Virus record (IMG/VR): IMGVR_UViG_3300012936_003490
Coordinates: 1 to 64,000 of that record
From: a virus
Length of the DNA: 64,000 bases
Strand: one strand, 5' to 3'
The stretch's first letter is position 1, and each line of letters starts with the position of its first letter. The notes below the pieces were generated by a model. It made no database searches. It was not told the DNA's origin and saw nothing but the letters and a program-made list of their open reading frames with translations. A program made the position numbers and the translations under genes. Positions 34,831 to 42,343 of the stretch are shown piece by piece.

Positions 34831-37438
34831 TTCTCATATACCTCGTATATTTTTCTAAAGGCAACTCACCTGCAAATTTAACTTCGCTTAATGGTGCCAT
34901 TTGTTCAAAATGCGAACTATCTTTGACACAATTTACATGCTCTGGCAAATCAAAATAATCATTACTTTGCAAAATTACTAATTTACCTTGTGGAATTTTT
35001 GCATACCACTCCTCAAAGTTTTCTATATGTTCGCAACTTGTGTTTATAATAGTATCCGGAACATCCTTTAATTCTTCTATTTGGCCGTTATTTTTTACTG
35101 TTTCATACACATGACGTTTATAATCAATATCTAATATGTTCTTTGTCTGTGCTTTAAATTTCCAATTGTCAAGCACTAGATCTTTGTTGAATATTTCTGC
35201 AATTTTCCACACATTTGGGTCAACATCAAAACTTCTAATTTTATCAAACTGAATATTGCGTTCTTGGAATAGTTGCACAATAGTAGAATACCAACCTGCA
35301 CAGATATATACAGTGCCTAAATGCCAGCCAGTTATGTTATCTGCTAGCCATAATTTACTTTTTATCTGTCCTCTACTAAAACTATCTTTGTCGAAATCAA
35401 TGTTTTCTTGTGCAATAGTTTTCAAAGCCTTAACATAAGGGCTTCCTGTGTATTCCTCTAACACTTTATACAATGAATGGATATCGTTTTCCAATATCTT
35501 AAATACATTTTCTAAATTAGGACACAGTCTTCTTAGGCTATACAAGTTTTTTTCTAAAACAGCTTTGCGTAGATCATCATCGCAGTTAACAAGTCTAAAA
35601 ATGCTGTGTAGATTTTTTTCAACCACTGCTTTGCGTAGTTCTTCATTAGGATCTAACTTAAATACACTACTAGGATCTCTGTCATTATAAAATCTGCGAA
35701 CATGTTCTATCTTTCCTTGATATAATAATTCGAATCTATCAAGTAAATCTACAATTTCGTTATCAAGTGTAACTTGTGTTTCTTCTATAGGCACTAGTTC
35801 AGATGGCTTTAATGTTTTATTTTCATTAAATTGTTCTTTCAACCAATCAAAGTCGTTAATTAGCCGAAGATCAGACCCCCTAGAAAGGCCAAACTCCATA
35901 CCAGCCCTAGCACCTCTAATGGCATGTTCACCAAACTTTCTATCGTGTCCCACGGTTGTCCAAGTTTCGAGTCTTTCATTTGTTTCTCCTGTTTTTTGTC
36001 TATCAATTACTTTACTACTTAATTTTGCACATTCTCTAAACGCACTTCTCCAAGTGCTGAATGGATCAGTATTAAATGCAGTAACATTACTTACAACCTT
36101 TATCGGTTTGAAATGCCTGCTAATACTTGTTGTCATATCTGGCTTTGTAGTGTCCATATTTAAGGTTAGTGTCCGAGGGAACAATTTTACTCCGCCATAT
36201 CCGTATTCTAAATCATTTACAGGATTTTTACTGCGCCAAACTTTTACATAATCCTTTTCATCATCTGGAGATATGTAATCAAAATTAAAATCATCTACAA
36301 TTTTAGCGTCACCGTCAACTATCCATATCATTTCTGTTGTGCATAACTTAGCGGCTTCTATATGAGCTTGATGTATGCCCTTTACCCCATGAACACGTTT
36401 TGCTCTTGGAAATCTACTTTTTAAATCATTGTAATTTTGTTCAGCTTCTAATTCGTCATAGGTGATCATTACAATATCATACAATTCTTTTTCTTGAAAA
36501 TTTTCTAACAAGAAATCTTGTCCGGTACGCACAGGCGGCGTATACATACTTTTGAAGAATTTACTTTGTTCTTGTTCGTAAGGATCTATAGGAATATCAA
36601 GTTCTAGTTGTTCTTTTAGTGTAATTCCCAATGCTTGAATTGCTTCTAATAACATTTCTTTAGGATCTGTATCTGCAAGTAGATTCATTTTATTCTTCCA
36701 GAGCTCATTCAAATATTCAAAATCTCTTACATTTACAAAATCCCAATCTGTGCAATTTGTTAGATAACAACCTTCTCTTGCTCCATAAATGGCCCATAAT
36801 CCGTTTTCAGTGTCAGCACCTACAGTCTGCCAGATTTTCAATCTTTGTAAATTTTTCTTGTGTACAGTTTTTTCGAATTTAGAAATACCGGAAATTTTTT
36901 CACCTTCATATAAACTCATCTTTACACCTTCGCGAAAACCTGCTCTCCAGGCTTGCCAAGGTGTTGCATTGTTATACACGTAACTATAGACTTTGTTAAT
37001 TTGCAAATATTGTAAATCCCAGCAAAAATCTACCTGTGCTTGCGGATTATTAGGATCGGCATTTTCATGTGTTTTCATATCTAACACAACTTGTTTAGGC
37101 CAGCATTTGATGCCTCCATTACCGTACGTCAACCCATTTACAATGTTGTATCCACTCCAGCTTATCACACACTTATCAAGATCAACATCATCTTTGAATA
37201 CTAGTTCTTCTTCTACAAACTTAGCGTCTATTATGTTATCTCCATCTATTGTAATAAAACGTTCAGTTTCGCTAAGTTCAGCACATGCTTTATGTGCGGC
37301 ATCTGACCCTTCTACACCATGAATGCGTTTTGCCCAAGGTACTTTTGTAAGAAGGTCAGCGTAATTTTTTTCAGCATTAGGTTCGTCATATGACAAATAT
37401 ATAATATCGTAATCCCGTACTTTAATAATTTGACCCAT
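34817..37438 (-). CDS. fusion protein: two tandem GT-A (GT2-like) glycosyltransferase domains, helical repeat linker and C-terminal SAM-methyltransferase-like domain
   Basis: Duplicated YDI..I.YDE..AE.NY..L....P.AKR.HGV.G...AH...A, DxD motifs (IDGDN, VDGDA) and YG.GG.K..P; C-terminal ICAGWY / SFDVDP / INTSCEH; AGGAG-5 nt-ATG. Confidence 0.8.
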   Translation of the reverse strand: MGQIIKVRDYDIIYLSYDEPNAEKNYADLLTKVPWAKRIHGVEGSDAAHKACAELSETERFITIDGDNIIDAKFVEEELVFKDDVDLDKCVISWSGYNIVNGLTYGNGGIKCWPKQVVLDMKTHENADPNNPQAQVDFCWDLQYLQINKVYSYVYNNATPWQAWRAGFREGVKMSLYEGEKISGISKFEKTVHKKNLQRLKIWQTVGADTENGLWAIYGAREGCYLTNCTDWDFVNVRDFEYLNELWKNKMNLLADTDPKEMLLEAIQALGITLKEQLELDIPIDPYEQEQSKFFKSMYTPPVRTGQDFLLENFQEKELYDIVMITYDELEAEQNYNDLKSRFPRAKRVHGVKGIHQAHIEAAKLCTTEMIWIVDGDAKIVDDFNFDYISPDDEKDYVKVWRSKNPVNDLEYGYGGVKLFPRTLTLNMDTTKPDMTTSISRHFKPIKVVSNVTAFNTDPFSTWRSAFRECAKLSSKVIDRQKTGETNERLETWTTVGHDRKFGEHAIRGARAGMEFGLSRGSDLRLINDFDWLKEQFNENKTLKPSELVPIEETQVTLDNEIVDLLDRFELLYQGKIEHVRRFYNDRDPSSVFKLDPNEELRKAVVEKNLHSIFRLVNCDDDLRKAVLEKNLYSLRRLCPNLENVFKILENDIHSLYKVLEEYTGSPYVKALKTIAQENIDFDKDSFSRGQIKSKLWLADNITGWHLGTVYICAGWYSTIVQLFQERNIQFDKIRSFDVDPNVWKIAEIFNKDLVLDNWKFKAQTKNILDIDYKRHVYETVKNNGQIEELKDVPDTIINTSCEHIENFEEWYAKIPQGKLVILQSNDYFDLPEHVNCVKDSSHFEQMAPLSEVKFAGELPLEKYTRYMRIGHK
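35860..35979 (-). CDS. overprinted +1-frame 39-aa membrane peptide nested in the glycosyltransferase gene
   Basis: AGGAG-AAACAA-ATG; MKDSKLGQPWDTIESLVNMPLEVLGLVWSLAFLGGLIFG*; host frame uses AGG/GGG/CGG codons here. Confidence 0.6.
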   Translation of the reverse strand: MKDSKLGQPWDTIESLVNMPLEVLGLVWSLAFLGGLIFG

Positions 37439-37440
37439 AA

Positions 37441-37941
37441 CTACTCCTGTATATGTATGTATTCTTCAAAGCTAGATCTGCAAGTTAACCTGACATGTGT
37501 GCTATTTGTATTTTTTGTGATACACAGATCATTGTCTAAACACTCTTTTACTGGAATTGCAATTGTTTCATGTAATATATTGTGGTTTCCTTTATCTACA
37601 ACATGTATTAATTTTGTATAACTTTCCATCGACTTTAGTGTTAACTTTGTGGTATCATCTAGATTGTGGCTGATTTTCCAGCAGTCTTTTTTCTGTATAA
37701 TATGTATAGTATTTGGTTTTTTACTGTTTGATAAAAATATTTTACCTGCTTCTTCTTGATCAAGTTGGACTTGTTTTTTTATAAGTTTATTTTCAACAAC
37801 AATAAAATCATTAAAATTTAATTTGCCTTCATTAAGGTCAGTAAAGATTTCATAAGATATTTCTATGTAGGCACCTACATCATTGTTGCTGTTAGTTACA
37901 GTTAATACAGATCCTGTCTCATCATAATATAGATAATACAT
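37441..37941 (-). CDS. hypothetical phage protein
   Basis: 166-aa ORF packed within the operon. Confidence 0.65.
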   Translation of the reverse strand: MYYLYYDETGSVLTVTNSNNDVGAYIEISYEIFTDLNEGKLNFNDFIVVENKLIKKQVQLDQEEAGKIFLSNSKKPNTIHIIQKKDCWKISHNLDDTTKLTLKSMESYTKLIHVVDKGNHNILHETIAIPVKECLDNDLCITKNTNSTHVRLTCRSSFEEYIHIQE

Positions 37942-38662
37942 CAGAAAATTCCTCCTCTACATAATGAAATAATCCTTTTTGGATAAAATTACCTATGTAT
38001 AAATTTTTATCATAACTAAAACTAAGTTTATTAGTCCATTTTTCTGGAATATATTGCCATTCTTGAATAGCCGGCTTCATATGAACAAATTCAAAATTAT
38101 TATCATTTGTTAAACCTAATATTTTACAGGCGATCGCTGCCGCTACATCAATGCTGAACCATTTTTGTTTTTTATAAGGAGTATACATATCCCAGAAATA
38201 TTGCCAATTTTTACAAATCGTTTCAAATAATTCAAAAAATTTTTTAGATTTGTCAGTTTTTGTAAAATAATAACAAGCAGAATATACATTAGGCAAATTA
38301 TTTGCTACAAATGTTTTTCTATAATAATTATTTTTTACTAAATTGTTTCTATAGGTTTTTACTTTCGTGGTAAAACTAATGTCTTCAATACAATGAAAAA
38401 ATTTGTCAATATTTGACACACATAACATGTCAGCATCTAACACAATTGTTTGATCAAACGGCGATAGTTCAAATGCTTTGTATCTATTTTCAATCTTCCA
38501 TTTAGAATCTTTAGCTAAATCTTGGTCAAATTCACTCAATATAACAACATCTTTATTTTCGCAATATTTTTCTATTGATTTTTTCAACAATTCTGCTTGT
38601 TTTACGTAATCAGTTTTGCTGTTGTTTTGAGCAAATATTACAAATCCTTTAGACATTATCAA
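37922..38662 (-). CDS. GT-A fold glycosyltransferase
   Basis: ENR...FELSPFDQTIVLDAD (DxD); paralogue of the next gene. Confidence 0.7.
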   Translation of the reverse strand: MIMSKGFVIFAQNNSKTDYVKQAELLKKSIEKYCENKDVVILSEFDQDLAKDSKWKIENRYKAFELSPFDQTIVLDADMLCVSNIDKFFHCIEDISFTTKVKTYRNNLVKNNYYRKTFVANNLPNVYSACYYFTKTDKSKKFFELFETICKNWQYFWDMYTPYKKQKWFSIDVAAAIACKILGLTNDNNFEFVHMKPAIQEWQYIPEKWTNKLSFSYDKNLYIGNFIQKGLFHYVEEEFSDVLSIL

Positions 38663-39437
38663 TTATCCTGTCTAAACTATATTTGTTCATTACATGTACA
38701 TTACTATTTTTAAATTTGCATAGAGTATTATTTTCTAATAAAAATTTTAAATTATTGTTATTGTTTTCTAACAAAGTATCTCTATCTAATGTATAAAAAA
38801 TTGTAGTAGGTAATTCACTTATATAACTTTTTGAAAAATTAGACATAGTATGAATAGCTATACTGAAAGCAAAATCATTTCTATAATTCTTATCTACTAT
38901 ATCATAATTAAATCTATAAAACTCCCAATTTTCTTTAATATGTTTTACTAGGTCAAAAAACTTTTTTGTTGCGGCTGTTTTATTAAAATAAAATACAGTA
39001 GCCCAGTACATATTAAGGCCAGTGTCACTTATTTTATGCATCGGTGTTCTTGTTGATAATGCGTCAACATGATTTTTACTAATTTGTAAATCTTGTAGGT
39101 CGAAACATTTTAACAAATCGTTGTTTCCTAGTATTACATCTGTATCCATTACAATAGTTTTATCAAAAGGAGACAGATCATAGCAATCTGATCTACTGGC
39201 GTTGTTCCAATTCAAACGTTTTTTACGATAAGGTCCATCGTAAAAGGTTTTGCTTTGTTGTATATTCTGATTATCATGTATTACAATATCTATGAACCTA
39301 TTATTTACATCTTGATTTGTAACCAATGCAACCGGAAGGTTAAGATGTTTTTTGATATGTTTAGCACAATAAACTGCTTGTTTCACATAATCTACTTCAT
39401 TGTTATATGCAAAAAGTAATACGCCTTTAACCATCAA
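38649..39437 (-). CDS. GT-A fold glycosyltransferase
   Basis: YDLSPFDKTIVMDTD (DxD), YWATVFYF, RNDFAFSIA and HVMNK. Confidence 0.7.
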   Translation of the reverse strand: MMVKGVLLFAYNNEVDYVKQAVYCAKHIKKHLNLPVALVTNQDVNNRFIDIVIHDNQNIQQSKTFYDGPYRKKRLNWNNASRSDCYDLSPFDKTIVMDTDVILGNNDLLKCFDLQDLQISKNHVDALSTRTPMHKISDTGLNMYWATVFYFNKTAATKKFFDLVKHIKENWEFYRFNYDIVDKNYRNDFAFSIAIHTMSNFSKSYISELPTTIFYTLDRDTLLENNNNNLKFLLENNTLCKFKNSNVHVMNKYSLDRIIDNV

Positions 39438-39759
39438 TTAATCCTGCCACATCTTTCTTAGATGATAAATCTTTCAACTGTTTGTGGTAATTTACAACAG
39501 CATTATCGTACTGAGATTGAATAGTTTGATAAAAAGACTTTGTATCTTCTATTTCAATAGGCACATTATTATCATCCATAATTACATCTGCATTACCTAT
39601 ATATGCATAAATGATCAAACTTCTATCAATAGTAAATTTGCCGCCGTTAAAGTAAATTACACAAGCATCTAAGAATTGTGTTTTTAGGATTTGTTTTTGA
39701 TTATTGTATGTTTCTAGATACTTAGAAAATTCTAGTGCTTTCTCAAGTCTTTCATCCAT
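39427..39759 (-). CDS. hypothetical phage protein (first gene of the modification operon)
   Basis: GAGG SD; directly downstream of a consensus promoter. Confidence 0.75.
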   Translation of the reverse strand: MDERLEKALEFSKYLETYNNQKQILKTQFLDACVIYFNGGKFTIDRSLIIYAYIGNADVIMDDNNVPIEIEDTKSFYQTIQSQYDNAVVNYHKQLKDLSSKKDVAGLIDG

Positions 39760-39783
39760 ATGAATACCTCATTTATAGAGTTA

Positions 39784-39812
39784 ATTATACTATAAAATCA
39801 ACAAATTGTCAA
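39784..39812 (-). promoter_or_regulatory. perfect consensus sigma70 promoter TTGACA-17-TATAAT
   Basis: TTGACA at 39812-39807, 17-nt spacer, TATAAT at 39789-39784, in the intergenic gap. Confidence 0.85.
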
Positions 39813-39815
39813 GAA

Positions 39816-40748
39816 TTAAAAGGTATTTGTTGAACCTAATGCAACCGATGGTGCAGTAACTTCTACGTTTACACCTGTTGCCCTACGATGATAAAGCGTA
39901 GTTGTTAGTGTACCTTGGACAGGTTCGTCTACTAATGGCCCAAATGGTGCTGGTGGACTCGGATTTGGTCTGTCACCTTCATCGTCATCTCTAAAAAATA
40001 TTCTTACTCTAATACCATTTGCAATATAACGTATGAAAATTTGATAATCGTTTTCTGAGTAAGGAGTTGCTCCTCCTCTTTGATAAATTTGTACCTCAGA
40101 TCCATTAGTGTTTAGGTCATACATTCCTGTGTCTGTTATGGTGCCTCCAGAACCACCGCCATCTGCAAAAGCACTTGTATAGTTAATTACAACATTCGGT
40201 GCATTGTCTATCATGTTTTTCCAGTCAAGAGTTTTTGCTTCACTTCCAGTATATGCTAAAGATGTTACAACTTTTAAAGATCCTCCTGCATTCCAAAATG
40301 CTTTGAAATCATTTGCACTTGCCCATGATAATTCAATATCATGTATTTGTACTCCGTTCCAATTAGTTTTTGTTTTATTAGATGCAGTTGCCAACGTGCT
40401 TTGGTCAGTAGCCAAAAGAAATCTATTTGTTGTCACTGTGCTTAGTGCAGATTCGTATTCATCATGGATTACTTTTGTAATTCCAGTATCAGCATCTGTC
40501 AATGTAAGCGCAACTGCGTTACTACCACCTGCTTGGTGTGCAGACGCTTTTCTAATATCAGTTCTTAGTGCATTCCATTGGGTTGATGTGATAGTATCAC
40601 CAACAGACACACTTGGAGCAGATATTGTTTGATTATATCCTGTTGAAGAATCTCCTGAACCTGCAGGAGTTCCCATTATAGTGTTTATTCCACTACGTAG
40701 TGCAGTATATTCTGCTTCTCCAATTGTTTGTCCTACATTGACCGGCAT
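39816..40748 (-). CDS. virion structural protein (tail/baseplate associated)
   Basis: G/T/S-rich; VGDTITSTQWNALRTDI motif; AAGGAG SD and full TATAAATA upstream. Confidence 0.65.
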   Translation of the reverse strand: MPVNVGQTIGEAEYTALRSGINTIMGTPAGSGDSSTGYNQTISAPSVSVGDTITSTQWNALRTDIRKASAHQAGGSNAVALTLTDADTGITKVIHDEYESALSTVTTNRFLLATDQSTLATASNKTKTNWNGVQIHDIELSWASANDFKAFWNAGGSLKVVTSLAYTGSEAKTLDWKNMIDNAPNVVINYTSAFADGGGSGGTITDTGMYDLNTNGSEVQIYQRGGATPYSENDYQIFIRYIANGIRVRIFFRDDDEGDRPNPSPPAPFGPLVDEPVQGTLTTTLYHRRATGVNVEVTAPSVALGSTNTF

Positions 40749-40772
40749 ACTATCTCCTTTTAACTACGCAGT

Positions 40773-40780
40773 TATTTATA
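40773..40780 (-). promoter_or_regulatory. T4 late promoter consensus TATAAATA
   Basis: Exact T4 gp55-type consensus about 25 nt upstream of a structural gene, overlapping the upstream stop codon. Confidence 0.7.
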
Positions 40781-42308
40781 CCTTCAAAACACACTCTATC
40801 AATTTTTCGTCTTCTGAATCGCTTGCTTCTAAAGCAATGCCTACTAGTCCGCTTGTTGCAACAGTAGAACACACACCATCTGCCCATGCATAAACTGGAT
40901 CTCCTTTTTTAACCATTCCTTTAACCCTTACAGGAACACGGCCTTTTAATCCAATTGCCTGGCCTTCTGATCCACTGTTCATTAGATAAGCAGGTTCAGC
41001 TGATATCACACCTATACACATGCAACTAGAAGCACATGCTGTAGTTTCAGCATCTCCTCCTACACACATTGCTGTGCCTACTGGATATTCTTTATCTGTT
41101 GTATACTTCTCAGCTAAGTCAGCATATCTTGCACTTGTAGCTAATCCTTGGAAAAGGACCGCATTTAGATTTCCTGCCGCATCTCTTACTGCAACTGTGT
41201 TTCCGCCTGCGGCGCTGTCTGATCCTACATCTGGATTTCTTGCTGTGCCGCTTACTATTAATTGTTCTGCCTTTTGGGAAGTACCATAAAAATTATTTGC
41301 ATATATGCTATTAAATCTTATAAAATCATCTGCACCTGGTGATGTTTCATCTTTACCAATGTTAATTGATTTATAAACTGTTGGCCCTGTGCTTTGAATA
41401 CCTGGTAAAATTTCTCCTGGACGAATATCTATTACATTGACACTTGCTCCACCAGTTTCTTTTACTCTAAATTTAATTTCGTCACCTTGCGAATTTTGAA
41501 TCACACCTTCGTTGTCATTTTCAATAAACAATTTAAGATCAAGTCCTGCACCAATAGCAATACCTGCATCTGTCTGAAAGTTTGTTATTTCTGTGAATAC
41601 TGTGGGTGCACCTGGATTAGCAGTGACATAATTACTTGCATCAACTCCATTAAGTTTCAATGCATTAGATGCAGTACCGTGGAATTGATGATCTGTGCTA
41701 GTGACACCGGCAGTTGCACTCTGTGTATTTTTAAGTGTAACACCTTGTCTTACAACGTCAAATCCTGAAATGGCGTTTTCAGCATCTGCGCTGTCAATTG
41801 TAAACTCTACAGGGCTTATTATAAAAATTACTTCATCATTTACTGTAGCGGCAATAACGCTTCTTGATATAGAACCAGTGTCTCTAACAGTTTTACTTTG
41901 CATTTGTGTGATGCCTGAACCAGCATCTTGGGGTCCTACTAATACAAAGTCTGTTCCGTTGTATGCATATAATTGTTGGTTAGTTGTATCCCACCAAAAA
42001 TCACCAGTTGATAAACCTGCAGGAGCAGTAGCACTTATTTCTGCACCGCCTGTTGTACGCCATTTACCACCGTCATAAAACTTTAATTTGCTGTTTGCAC
42101 TATCAAACCAGATTTGACCTCTTATAGCCCTCGGTGGTTGATTAGCACCTGCAAAATTTTCTAGTAAAAATACAAAGTTTTCGTTTTGTATTTCGCCATA
42201 CCCTGCATAATTTTTACCAACAAGTTTTATGTCGGTAGTTTGGTCAATAGTACCGTCTTGAACTACTGTAAGCTGGGTAGTATCATATTTGTTAATTGTA
42301 TACGCCAT
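40776..42308 (-). CDS. tail fibre / baseplate-associated protein
   Basis: N-terminal DGTID...LVGKNY.GYG....NF..LLENFA....P..GQIW.D domain; C-terminal YADLAEKY...GRVPVRV domain typical of phage fibres. TAAATA at 42330-42335 lies upstream. Confidence 0.75.
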   Translation of the reverse strand: MAYTINKYDTTQLTVVQDGTIDQTTDIKLVGKNYAGYGEIQNENFVFLLENFAGANQPPRAIRGQIWFDSANSKLKFYDGGKWRTTGGAEISATAPAGLSTGDFWWDTTNQQLYAYNGTDFVLVGPQDAGSGITQMQSKTVRDTGSISRSVIAATVNDEVIFIISPVEFTIDSADAENAISGFDVVRQGVTLKNTQSATAGVTSTDHQFHGTASNALKLNGVDASNYVTANPGAPTVFTEITNFQTDAGIAIGAGLDLKLFIENDNEGVIQNSQGDEIKFRVKETGGASVNVIDIRPGEILPGIQSTGPTVYKSINIGKDETSPGADDFIRFNSIYANNFYGTSQKAEQLIVSGTARNPDVGSDSAAGGNTVAVRDAAGNLNAVLFQGLATSARYADLAEKYTTDKEYPVGTAMCVGGDAETTACASSCMCIGVISAEPAYLMNSGSEGQAIGLKGRVPVRVKGMVKKGDPVYAWADGVCSTVATSGLVGIALEASDSEDEKLIECVLKV

Positions 42309-42343
42309 TTATAAACCCCTTGTTGCAAGTATTTATCATATCC

